64,000 nt of DNA, taken from assembly GCA_964188305.1 (NCBI GenBank), contig OZ076894.1; one strand, 5' to 3'. The stretch is from Podarcis bocagei (lineage: Eukaryota). Under the pieces are notes generated by a model that saw only the letters and a program-made list of their open reading frames with translations, had not been told where the DNA came from and ran no database searches. Every line of letters begins with the position of its first letter. The first letter of the stretch is position 1. Below, piece after piece: positions 14,666 to 27,525 of this stretch. The position numbers were made by a program, and so were the translations under genes.

Positions 14666-15982
14666 GTAAGTACCACCAGTTCATTTATAATCCCTTTTAA
14701 GAGCTGGGAAATGTTCCAAAGGAGCTGTGTAATGCTGCCCAAGGAATCAAGAGCCCATAGTGTACTCCCACATCCATTCTGAGTTTCTTTGTATAGTGAC
14801 CACATTCTAATATGTGATGAATTGGGGCTATTGAGCACTGCCATGGTCTTTGGATGCATTTTAGAAACGTGGAAGAAGTAACACTCACTATAATTTTCTG
14901 TCATAGAAATGGTGCGCCTTAATATGTGGTTAACGCTGCAGTAGCATAGATTCAATTAAGACATTTGTTCCTATTTAGAAATGATGTGCTCCTTGAAGAA
15001 CAAGCATACTTGTGGGCAGGTGCGTACGAGGGGGGGCAGGGGGCGGCGCACCCTGGGTGCCACCCTGGGAGGGGTGACAAGATGGCCCTCTGTCTCCCCC
15101 CCCCCAGCTGTAGCGCAGCCTTTGTACTTGCAGTGACACATGCAAAAAAGTGGCAACTTTTAAGCACACAGTTGCACTATTTTACAAAATGAAGGTTGAT
15201 GGTTATACCTAGCAGCAAGAGATGGCCTGATACAGGGACCTGCTCATAGTCTCAGCAGTGGCAGCTTTCGTGCCACCAGTTACCCACCCTCTCTCCATTC
15301 ACACACATGCACACAATATTTTGAGCAAGGGTGCTTAGCTAAGCTGTGCTGCCGTGGTGCTCAGAAAGTAGTGTTGCTAGCATCTGCACTGTTGGATAGC
15401 ATCCTTGGTTTGTTCTGCTATCAATTTCAGTACAGATGGGCTGCCAGAACAAAGCCTCTCATTGTAAGAAGAATCCAAACACGCAAACGGAAGCATATTT
15501 TTCCTCTGTGTGTGCAGAGGACTGTGTGGAAGGATTCTCTTGTGGCCCCTGCAGTGCCTGATGTGGCAAAGTGTCAAGTTCTAAATTCTATTGTGCTTCA
15601 GTTAGTCTTCCATCTCTAAGCAGTAAATAGCAGAGCCGACTATGATATGGTCTTCTGGATATAAAATCTTAAAAGGGCATCCACTCTCCATGGGCATTAT
15701 AGAGCTTACAATATTATGGTTTTCTCCATGGTTAACAGCAAGAGTATCAGTTTTTTCATGGTGAATTTTTGTTGGGTGGTTCTAGTTGAATAGCAGCATG
15801 TTAAAATATTTGTTGTTGGTAAAATATTGTTGTGTCATAAAGCACAAATATATATTTCTTGCACAATCAGTATGTTTTGTCCTGTCTATATAATCCGTAT
15901 GTTTTGGTCAGGAATAAAAAATGTCAGATAAATTGGATCAAAAAGGACCGTGTAAGCATTTTATTAATTGCCTGAGGAGAGA

Positions 15983-16098
15983 GGGGGTGCTATTCAAGTA
16001 AATTTTACTTAGAATAGACCTACTGAAATTAATGGGCCTAACTTAGTCATGTTCATTACTTTCAATGGGTCTACTCTGAGTAAACCTCAGGTAAATAC
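15983..16098. mobile_element. Palindromic AT-rich MITE (related copy at ~1305-1390)
   Basis: TTTTACTTAGAATAGACCTACTGAAAT ... TTTCAATGGGTCTACTCTGAGTAAA inverted arms. Confidence 0.5.
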
Positions 16099-17200
16099 TA
16101 TTTGTTGTCTTTTGTGTTCTTCCATATATTTGATGATAAATAACATGCCTTGGGATTACCCTTTTAAAGATTAAAATTAGCTCAGAAAATAAAAGTATTC
16201 TGCTGAGGACTGTCTGCAACTTAGTTGGGTTAAAAAAAGGTTCCTGTTTTACTAAATAGAGATCAGAATGTGGGGAAACAATTCAGAAATTAATGCATAC
16301 CAAAAGTGGAAGATGGTGGTGAGGAAGGGCAAGCAGCCACGTGAGACTGTCTGGTGAAGCTACAAAATTTCTAGTCCTTATTCATCCTAGAAGAAATAGA
16401 CTCATAGAAAGTGCGCACACCCCACACACCCTGCACTTAAGAAGTTATTCTCAACGTAGGAAGGGTCAGGAAGAACTTGAGATGGGGCTAGACATGTTGT
16501 CCTGTAGCTCCATGGCTCCTTTGTATCTGTGTTGATTCTGCAAGTGACTAACACATGAAGACTTCTGTATTAACACTTTTAAATTCATAAATACTTTAGG
16601 AATATTTAATAAGAAATACTGCAGTCATTTGCGCGTGCGCACACACACATACACACAAATATGCATGTATATGTTCTTCCTACTATTCCTTTCAATATCC
16701 TCATCTTTTAATTGTCATAACTTTTCTTGGCTTTTAATTTCTTAGCTTCTTTGTATTTAATATGAAGCAATTTCTTTTGTCAAAAAAAATAACATTTATC
16801 AAATTCCTCCAATTAATAAAAGTTCACCCACTCAAAGAAACCAACTTGACCTGTTACGTGAGTCTCATACTGAAAACCAACAAGCCATCAGCCTTTTTGA
16901 TCATTTATTCAGAGTATGAGAGCCATTTCCAAGCCCTTCATTACTTTTTCCTACTATGATATAAATTCTTTGCACAGGGGGAATAGGAGAATTTTGTAAG
17001 GTATTATGACAGTGTTTAGTTCTGCAGGTACATATCTGACTTTTGTACTTGTAGCAGAATAGCAGGCATATATTTTCTCATTCTTAATAGTAAAATATAT
17101 GCATTTTTTATATGAAAAGATGGGTGTATATCTAAAATGCGCATTTGTGTGGGTCTTTTCATGTTGCACCTAACATTTATCAAACTAATTTGTCTTTCAG

Positions 17201-17252
17201 TATTTTCAGTTCAGCTGGGATTCATGCTGTTAACTTTCTTCTTCTCTACAAG
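17201..17252 (+). CDS. SLC10A7: SLC10A7 coding exon (approx. exon 9), 52 nt, (I)FSVQLGFMLLTFFFST(R)
   Basis: Acceptor tgtctttcag|, donor AG|GTATGT; phase 1/2 fits both neighbours. Confidence 0.95.
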
Positions 17253-18534
17253 GTATGTTACAGCAGTAAAGGTTATCTCTATAGCAAAAAAGAATAGTTG
17301 GGTGCAAAACAGAGGAGTATTGTCCTTTCTGTCAGCAACTCAAAAGTTTGTACCAGGTGTGTGGAAAGTCTTATGCGCCTGAGAAATCAAAGGATGGATG
17401 AATAATCTACTCCGGTTACTGTTTGTTTGAACATTTATACCCCACCTTGCCATGATACAATCTGACTCAATAGAAAATAGAAAACGAGCATTACAATACA
17501 TTCCCAATATCGCTTAGAACAAGCCCTTTGCAGCTGTTGGGAAAATAACTGTAAATATCAGCAGAGGGTCTCTGACTGGCTGCAGCTCCAATTAACTGCA
17601 CGGTGAGTGGAAGAGGCAGCTGTAGTGAAGAAAATGCCTAACTGGGGAGTAGTTAATTAAACAATTCAGGAGGAGGGGGTAAAATGGTGTGTTGGGCTTT
17701 CCTGGACACTTGCAGTTTGGAATAATTACTACTCTAATACGTATTCACACACTCTCTTTTTACTTAATAGCCACTAATTGAATAAGGTCCAAGAGCTACG
17801 TCTCTGCAGTCACAGAGGGAATCCCTTCTGTCCCTGTGCTTTGCTTGTTAACATAGGCCTGATCTAGCCCTATTAGCATAGTGCTCTGCGATGCAACCTG
17901 GCTTTTATTACCAAGATTTCTGTGATGCAATTAATTTTTGAAGTGCCTGGGAAAATCTCCTGCACAATCAGCGTGGTTGATTGGCCTCCAGGAGGCAGTT
18001 ATTAGGCACCTTTAATTTATCTTCTGTATACAGACCATATTTTTTCATAATGATCCCCAGTGGATGGTGGACAAATTTAATATAAAACAGAGCCTACTTC
18101 CTGGTTTTACACTCATCTGTGATGTGCTAATTTTATCAGAGCCTAAAAGGTGCTGAATTCAGCACCTTCCCCAATCACCAAACACGCCCCTAATGTAGTA
18201 CGTAATCTATGCCTTTCTTAGAGCTGGGGTGGTTTATTTCCTTCCCATTGGGATGCAAATCGTAAGTTGTTTTTGTTTCTGTTTAAAAGGGAAAAAGATA
18301 TAGCTTTCCACATACATATAGTTGGCCATAATGAGACGGCGATGCTGAAGTAGATGGGGAAGAGCTGGGTAGGGGTTTGGACAGGTGGTTCAGGCACTTG
18401 CGGTTTTCCCTCCTTCTACACACACACTCCTAGAAATGCAGACTGAATTTTATTGAAAATACTTTGATATTTAAATTAATAATGATTTTCCTGTTGCATA
18501 TGAGCAGCCATTCCTTTCCCTAAGCCATGTGCCT

Positions 18535-19011
18535 AGAATCATAGAATCATAGAGTTGGAAGAGACCACAAGGGCCATCGAGTCCAACCCCCTGCCAAGCA
18601 GGAAACACCATCAGAGCACTCCTGACATATGGTTGTCAAGCCTCTGCTTTAAAGACCTCCAAAGAAGGAGACTCCACCACACTCCTTGGCAGCAAATTCC
18701 ACTGTCGAACAGCTCTTACTGTCAGGAAGTTCTTCCTAATGTTTAGGTGGAATCTTCTTTCTTGTAGTTTGGATCCATTGCTCCGTGTCCGCTTCTCTGG
18801 AGCAGCAGAAAACAACCTTTCTCCCTCCTCTATATGACATCCTTTTATATATTTGAACATGGCTATCATATCACCCCTTAACCTCCTCTTCTCCAGGCTA
18901 AACATGCCCAGCTCCCTTAGCCGTTCCTCAGAAGGCATCGTTTCCAGGCCTTTGACCATTTTGGTTGCCCTCCTCTGGACACGTTCCAGTTTGTCAGTGT
19001 CCTTCTTGAAT
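18535..19011 (-). mobile_element. CR1 LINE 3' fragment (ORF2 C-terminus plus 3'UTR)
   Basis: ORF 18636..19031 reads [17 protein letters not shown]...[24 protein letters not shown]...WNLLPRSVV, typical of CR1 ORF2; (ATTCTATG)n tail seen as agaatcatagaatcatag. Confidence 0.95.
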
Positions 19012-19706
19012 TGCCTAGGTTCAGACCTCACAACAAGCTGCTGTTACTCCATATTGAAAACAAAAGCCTTCCAATTCCTTGTGATATCCCTGGAAGTGGA
19101 GTGGGTAGCACAAACCCAAGTGCCACTGCATCTTGTCCTTGTAACACTAAACCTGATTTAACATTGTGTGCAAACACACAGATAATGCTTCAGTAAGGCT
19201 ACAAGGAAATTATGCCAGTATTTTAGGCTTCACCCTAATAGACTATTTAGAACTGTGTTTTAAGAGGACTGGTGCCCAGTTTTTGGAAAGGTGAAAATTA
19301 GCTGTAATGTGGTGCTTTACATTTATGGAAAAGTACTCTGGGCTGGGATAAACATGTCCCATAAGAAACCAATTGGAATCCTTTCATAGGTGCCAACTCC
19401 CTGGGTGCCTGAGCACCCACAAAATTCCCCATGAAGTGGCCAGGCACCCACAAATTTTGGTCGCAGAGCCAGGTTGACACACCTGAACCCGCTCATTTTC
19501 CAGATAAGAATATATGCAGACAAGATTTTGCAACAACAGAGAAACCATTCCATTTAATGCAAAAATCAAAAGCGGCTGAGCGTATATAGCTAGAATTATA
19601 TTTTATGAAACCTAATGCAAAGAGATTAAAAACACACTTATGGGGTATGGAAAGTGAGCAGCCATTTGGTAGAAGAGACTTTTAAAGTTCCTTACATTTT
19701 TTCTAG

Positions 19707-19780
19707 GAAGAATTCTGGTTTCACACCAGCAGATACAGTGGCTATTATCTTCTGCTCTACGCACAAATCTCTGACTTTGG
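19707..19780 (+). CDS. SLC10A7: SLC10A7 coding exon (approx. exon 10), 74 nt, (R)[24 protein letters not shown](G)
   Basis: Acceptor ttttttctag|G, donor G|GTAAGT; phase 2/1; conserved [11 protein letters not shown] motif. Confidence 0.97.
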
Positions 19781-22147
19781 GTAAGTCTTTACTAGAGGTT
19801 GAGTTCAACTTTTCAGTCTAATCACACGGCTCCTTATACTTCACTTTGATATGAAAGTGGTTTTCTGATATTCTGTTATCAGTTCAGCAATATGACAAGA
19901 TGTAGTATAAAAGCCTAGCATTAATATTAGTACATTCATGAGAACACTTTTGCAATGGGCAAGTAAATGTTTCCTAAGAGGAAGACAACATAGTCTTCTC
20001 CTCTGGGAATTTAGTAATTGTATTGCAGTGCCATTAATCTGTTCCTTCTTTAGAGAAAGTGATGTGATTTTTTCCCCCTTTGTTTTTGATGTTCTCTTTC
20101 TCTAATCTAATATTGATAAAGTTTGTGGTTCATTTCAGATTATGTTCTGAGTTATTACAACACAGTCAAACAGCAAAATTATTATAGCTCAAAACTGTAA
20201 TGCACAAAGCATTTACAATATAAAGAAACATAAATAAAGACAGCAGTGTTTTATCAAATATCAGTGTATTTATCCTAAGCAGTCTCTGGACTATGTGTTT
20301 ATTCATTACAATTCAGTATTCAAAGATCATTGACTTACTAGTCACTCAAAATTCCCTTGCAATAACATTTGTTATGGTAGATATGTACAATAAATTTAAT
20401 TAAAATATAGTTGTACTTTGAGTGGGAAGACACTGCTGAACATTGCATTTATTTCCTGTGATTTATGGTGATTAGCGAAGATCAAAATAAGAATTTTTAA
20501 TACAAAGTTTACAGATATTTGTCATACCATACTTTCTCACAGTGGGTGGCATCCAATAATGTCCACTTGCATGAAAAAGCCACTTGCGCAAAGGGGACTT
20601 CTCATTTCCCCCCTTCCTCATCCCCAGAATCTGCTTCACAAGGTCCTTCAATTCTCTGTGGCAGATTTGGGGGGCACACGTCTGCTTGCATTGCTTTGCT
20701 GGTGTTTGTGTTCCTTCTGGTGCCCCTCATTCCATCAAAGCTTCTATTTCCTGAAGGAAGTCTTCTTTCTTCAAGTAGCTTGCTTGACTCTGCTCATTAA
20801 CCACATTGATGCCATCTTGGTGATGCCTTTACTGATGTGTAGCATATATTCGAGCAGAGCTTCTATTATTGTGCTTTTGAATAACTCCACCACTATCAGT
20901 TGCAGACCAATGTTGCAATATCCAAAACAAGAAAGGTACAATGACCGCTCAAACCTACTGAGTGTTTTCTTGAAAGTAAGTCCCAGTAGGGCTTTCTTCA
21001 AAATGCATGTGCAATCTAACTAGTTGCAGCTAAAAATGATGGTGATGTAAAACAGAGAAATATGCCATATAAGCTGGGACCTAATGTATATTTGGGCTGG
21101 GTAACTAAAAACATTTTTGGAAATGAACTTTTTAAAATTGCCATTGGAAGCGCCCTTGGAGATTCCATATGCAAAAACATGGCACTTAGAACTACACCAC
21201 TGTCTATCAGCCCTTTTCAATTGGAAAGAACACCTCATTATACGGTAATTAATATTTGGCATTTTCTCCAAATATAACCACAAGTCAGTGTTCCGGGAAG
21301 CTGACGAAAAATTTACCGAGCAATTTAAATAGAGAGTGGTAACCCTAGGGAAAATATTTGCAAATGCACCCAATTTATTCTTATGTTGGCGTCAATGAGG
21401 GCTTCAGTTTCTTTCAGACCTATATGTCAAGATCACTCAGTGTGGACCTTTTTGGGATGGTGTATTTGTTCCATAAGACTGATCTGTTGACTACATGTGC
21501 TGATATAGGAAAGATCCTCAAATATCTAGCCACCTTTCTGGCCTTGTTAGCAAACAACTCCAGTGTATTGCATTAATTAAATCAATTGGTTTTGAGATGG
21601 AACGATTGCTAGGCACTTTGCAATCTCTCTCACTGTTGTTTCCTAACCCACAGTAAGTCCTACGTTAAATTCACAGCAAATTCCTCAGTGTTAAGACATC
21701 CAGTGCTAGAGGTGGAAATGTGGCATTCTAAAAAACCACTTCCGCTGTCTGTGAATCATATGGATGCATCACTTGAAGAAGAAAAAAAGAAGAGGTGGAT
21801 AATATGGGTGGCCAATATAATGATCATCATCATATACTGTGTTCTTGGACATGTTACATGTATAGGGAGCCCTATATCAAGTAGAAAAAGAGAAATTAGT
21901 TGTGTTTTAGTATCTACATTTGGTAGTTGTTAGGGCCTACATAATTTCCAAATGAACTTATAAAGAAGGAAGGCTAGAGAATTATCAGCAAGACAAAGGG
22001 GTCTGAATCGAAAAGCTATGAAAAGGGGTGAACATTTACAACAAGCACCAGATTTTCTACTCAAGAGAGACCACGGAGGAACACTTGTGAGTTTCCGCTT
22101 TCCAAAGCAAAAGCAATTAGTATGCTTTGTAGCAATAATGATAAAGC

Positions 22148-22235
22148 AGTTGTTGTTGTTGTTGTTGTTGTTGTTGTTGGCATCCATCTTGTCTTGAGAG
22201 ATGAGTTGTCTCATCCGTCTTGTCTTGAGAGATGC
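22148..22235 (-). mobile_element. Extreme 3' end of the same RTE family with (CAA)n tail
   Basis: (GTT)n followed by GGCATCCATCTTGTCTTGAGAGA, the reverse complement of the 27500-27525 terminus. Confidence 0.6.
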
Positions 22236-25200
22236 TTGGCTGCAGGAGTTGCCAGAAGGAGGGCAGATGCAGAGGACAAGCCTTTTCAGTGATGATGCCA
22301 GTATGTCTGAATGGCCTTCCTGGGAAGACCCAACAACCTCATTTCTCCCCTTTTTGAGACAGGATCTGAAAAGGTGTTGTTGTTTTTGGATGGACTTTTA
22401 ATAATGTTGAAGTATCCTTTAAATTGTTTTGGTTTTAATATTGAACCCCCCCCCCTTCTGTTGCAGATTTTTAAACTTGTGCTTTGTTCATTTTTATCCC
22501 TGTATGCTGCCTTGGGTGCAGATACTATAGAAAATATTTATTTTTTCTTTTTAAGAGATCTTGTCTATGAACAGTAAAAGTCTTGCACCAGCTAAGTGAT
22601 TTGAGTGTTTACCTCACTGGAAGTATCAGCTGATCAGGTGGTTATGCTAGCTGAAGCCACTATTGCAGAGTAAAGAGACAGAAGAGGTGAATGTCTGCCA
22701 TTGTCTTTAGACGCCATTATGGGCAGAGAGCTCCTGAATAAGCATGCGGTTACTGACATAAGATGGATTGCACCAGCAGCGTCTCTACAAATTTCCTTGT
22801 TTAATTACATTTTTTAAGAGAAGTGAAAATAGAAGAAAGTAATAGGAGAAAGACTAAGGAAAGAGAAGAGAAGAAGAAAGATGGATTCTAGTGGCTAAAA
22901 ATAAAAGTGGGTCCCTTGGTTGCCAGCTGGGGTTTATTGTTGATCCGAAAAAGGTAGATTGCTGTGTTACAAATTTCCTAAGTACTGTACTCTGATCTAA
23001 AATTTTCTATATTTAGAAAAGTATTTTTTTGTCATAAAATTTACTAGAGGTCCTAGTCAGGAAGCTTTGGAATAATTGTGAAAGTATGTTTAATCTGCCA
23101 GCTTTTTAGAGCAGATTTGTTTGTGGTGTGTTTTCTGAGGTTTCAGGGGACGCAATGGGACAAGATGCTGCAGTTCGGGGGGGAGTATAAATGGAATCTC
23201 TGGATTGAGGCCCCTGACAACATGGGAGTAATGTTTTGTCTAAAGTCACATTGTTCTGGAATAGTAATTAAGTTAATCTACTATCATCTGTTCCCAAGGC
23301 CAGATCTTTCTACCCAGGAAACCAACAAGACTTTTGCTGCCGACTTCATAACGAATGACAACTTGTCTGTTGTGGTGTTCCACTGTAATTTACCTGAACA
23401 GATTTAGGAGAGAAGCAAGATTCTGTTTTTAACACTTGTGTTTGAATATTTAAGGGCAGCAGTGAACTTCAGGGCCTTCTTTTAAGTCCGCTGTGAGGAT
23501 GTTTTTATCTGCCTTCAAAACTCCAGCACCACTAAGCAAACAAGAGCACTTAGGGGCCTCCTGCAACAAAAGCCATTTCACTTGGAGCTTAAACTGATTT
23601 TTCACATTCTGGCATGTGAAGCCTCCACAGGGTGCCTTGCGTCCATTCCCTGGGGAGTGCAGCATAGCACCAGCAGAGGAGGAGGAAAGATGACAGCTTT
23701 GAAGCCTTAGAAGTGGTAATAAGAGAAGCATGAGAAGACTCTTGTAAGGCACTTCTCCCACACCGTATTATGAAACCAACTAATTCCCACATGCGGCATG
23801 CTCAGGAGGCCATCTGCCACTTCCTCTGCTTGGATCCATGAAGAAGCTCTCACTCAACACTGAGACAAGCACAGTTCCCTCCCATATGTTGGGTTTCCTT
23901 CTGTAGACAGAACAGTTGATGTACCTGCATTTCCTCAAGGCACAGGGTGCATAGGTTGAATTTGTATGGATCAAAACACACGCACACACGAAAAAACATA
24001 CAGTCCTCCCTGACATTGCTCCTTGGTATATTTCATCTAATAACATCAGCTTTGATAGAAACTGAACTCTGCTCATTCTTTTTAACAAGAATGCATAATT
24101 TCTGCCATGACACCACTTTTATTTGTATTTTGTTTAACTAGATAATTAGGGATATAAAATCTCACTAGCGAAGATAAATGTGGCACCTGAGAATTCCCTC
24201 AGGCATATTTGCTCTCATTTTGTTCTTTTCTCTCTCTGCCTCTTTGGAACATGCATGCCTAGTACATGCAAGCACATGAAACACAAGACATTTGATGCAT
24301 GGCTTTTATTAGTGTATTTGCCATTGATTGATTAGTGCTTAGTATTAGTACTTCTTCTATTGATTGATTGCAGATGAAGTGACTATTTGACCTTTAATTA
24401 TAAGCTTGGCTATTGAAAATGACATTGAGCTATGGCTTCACATAATCCATCTGGAAACCCTGACATGATGTCATTCCCTGGGGTTAATTCTGCGGGAGAA
24501 GGGAGGCCTAGAGGAAGTACCGCAACTATCAGGATGGTTCATCTAGAACAATACTGCAGGCTTTGTTGCCTGCAGTTGATGTGCAGCCCCAGCGCTTTGG
24601 AGAAGTTAATTTGCTTATACTATAGAGATGAAACTGCCGGCTACAAGTTGCCAGTTCACAATGAGTACAGCAGATTACCCAGAAATTCAGAGGATGGAAA
24701 ACCCATTTTAAAGTTACCATTCATTACAGTGTTTGGACCTGCAGTGTATAAATACTAGAAATAATGACATGGTCACATGGTTATTCGTGTATTTAGCTTT
24801 TTAAAAATAATTGAAATTAGTGAGACTTGCAAGTGTTTAACTTAGGCTGGATTGCACCCAAACATTTTAGTTTTAATACCAGGAATAAGTAATCATGCCT
24901 TCCATGGTTCTCATGTTGAATATATATGATCAGCAAAATGTCAATAATTACCATGTTATGAGCTTTGGTTGAGCTTTCTGATTTGGCTAATAGAACAGCC
25001 TAATGTGTCTAAAGAATTGCAAAGAGGTTTTTTCCCTAGCATGGATTTAAGGAGCTTCCTTATATGAATAAACGATAAGATTATATTACTTCGCACAGAT
25101 TAAATGGAGTTGATTGTTGCAGTCTCTGAAACACTTGCAATTTTATCTTAACTCTATTGAATCATGACCTAATTTGAGGATAGGCATGGTGAATATCCCA

Positions 25201-26679
25201 TTCTTTTACAGAAACCTAGAGTGGGTATCAAAGAGGTCTCCTTACCTCTCCAAGTGTGAAATCACTGTTGTTCCAACTTTCTCAACACCGTGTTGTTCTG
25301 TGCTTATGCTAACACTAGTCAGGGTCACACATCTTTTTATTGCTGTCCTCACTTTACTTGCTCCTTGCCTAGTGCAAAGAGGGAAGGAAAGTTAACTCGT
25401 CATTCCGGTTAGATGCATTCCAGCTAGATGCTGGCTGGTCTGAGTGCACAGTCAATCCAAGCTGTTGCTCTGGGCAGTAGTTTTAGGGGTATCACGGAAG
25501 AAGTGGGTGATTAGGTTGGGATGCCCCCCAGATCCCTTGCAGTCATCCAAAGGATAACTGGGGTACAGCTTTACTCCAGGAGTAAAGCTTGTCTTCTCAA
25601 ACTAGTATTTCTTAGCTTGCTGGATTAATCACTGTTATGGGTGCTATAACAATATACAGCTATAAGCAGTGAATGAAGTGAGGGAAAATTTAAGAGTAAA
25701 TAGTAAAGAGAAATGGTTATATGGGAGACTGACTTTATGTGAGTAAACAGTGTGTGATATTGGACACATTAATTAATTGCCTCCCCCCACCTGTGAACAT
25801 ATGGGATGATACCTCCTAATTGGCGGAATCTGTTATTTATTTGACCTGGAATGTAGGCTCTCTGGATTAAACCTTTGACGTGGGCAGGAACGCCATCACC
25901 AGAGTGCCTCCCTGATGTTCTCAATTCATCTCTGCAGTCTGCTTGTAGTAGATTTTGAATTAATATTTAGAAAGCTTGCCTGCAGCAATACTAAAATGTG
26001 CATCAGAGAACAACAGTTGTTTACTGTGTTTGAACTGAAGAATCTCACCCAGGAGATCACATTCACTTGAAGTTTACATCTCTCAATCTCAACTTGCAAA
26101 AGGGGGATCAATGAATAACAATTGTCATTTCAGAATTGCACCTCTCCAATTATTTATTTGGTTGTGTGTCTTCCCAGATATACATTTAATTGGATCAGAC
26201 ACTAAAAACCAGATTGCAGCTTTTCAATGACAGCAGCAAGTTCATGCCTCTTTATAAATATATCTCTCTTCTTTAAAATCTCATATCCAGATGTAAAACG
26301 ATAATGACACAGGAGACCATATTACTGTCTCTCTCACCCAAAGTGCAGTTAAAGTTAATTTATCTACTTTAAAAAATGGCATTATACCTAGCAGATTATT
26401 GACAGGTCACCCACGAGGAAATCCCAGTTTGCTCATGATTCAACATTCCTTTATCCCAAACTGGTGTAGGCTACAGATGTCTCCTACACACAGGCTTTAA
26501 AATGTTGAAGATGTTTGAAAGCATCGTATCTGTGTAGTACTCAAAGTGCAGGCAGATCAGGTGGGAAGCCATCCCACTGCACTGCAGGTGGACCAAAACA
26601 TCCCCCACCCCCGCTTCTTTTCAATGGACACCACTTTCCTTTTTCACCAATTCTGAGTGTTGTTTCTGTTCAAGTACTT

Positions 26680-27525
26680 GAAAACTCTACAGAGTTTCAT
26701 CAACCATTTTGCCCAAGCCTGCAGGGAGTTCAGCCTTACCATAAGCCTGATGAAGACCAACATCCTGGGTCTGAATGTTGCCAGGACTCCACCCATCAGC
26801 ATTGGTGACCACACGCTTGAGGTGATAGACAATTTTTCTACCTGGGTTCTACCATAACCAGCAACTTCTCCATTGACACCGAGCTGGGCAAACGTACTGG
26901 CAAGGCAGACCAGGCGTGTGTGTTGAGTACACCACTTTAAGGAAGTGAATCATGGGCAACTTAATTAGGAGCAATGCCTTTCACATGTGCTGCATCAGGA
27001 AGATTTGGGGCATGGGATGGCAGGACAGAGACTCTTTCAAGCCCACATTCCCACATGTTTGTACACCTGTCTCAGCGGCATCTACACTGGCTTGGACATG
27101 TCCACAGAATGCAAGAGGGAAGGATCCCCAAGGATGTCCTCTATGGGGAAGTGGCTTCAGGCTCCAGTCCCATTTTCAGACCAACTGATGTCTGCAAACA
27201 AGACATGAAGGCTGGCAACATCAACCCTGCCATGTGGGAATCCCTTGCAGACAACTGCAGTGCCTCGAGACAAACAGTTAAGTTGTGTATCCACAGCAGT
27301 GACCAGAGGAGGAATGACTGCTGGGAGGAGCGCAGAGAGAAGAAACGTCATGGTGCATCTGCAGCAGCACAACCAGATGCCTTCATCTGCCCCAGCTGCA
27401 ACAAAATGTGTCTCCGATATCAGTCTCTACAGCCACAGCAGGCACTGTAATTCTCTCAAAAGATTGACTTCACTTCCAATGGCGCACTCCTCCATTGTCT
27501 CCCAAGACAGATGGATGCCAACAAC
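26680..27525 (+). mobile_element. RTE-clade LINE 3' fragment (frameshifted ORF C-terminus)
   Basis: Translated pieces SLTISLMKTNIL, NAFHMCCIRKI, LHWLGHVHRMQEGRIPKDVLYGE, WESLAD and a C-terminal C2H2-like FICPSCNKMC...SH..HC; ends GATGCCAACAAC. Confidence 0.88.

Noticed and set aside
14410-14955. 181-aa minus-strand ORF
   Set aside because: Antisense shadow of SLC10A7 exon 14500-14665; no recognisable homology.
20519-21023. Overlapping 93-154 aa ORFs in an SLC10A7 intron
   Set aside because: No recognisable domain or splice context; expected by chance.
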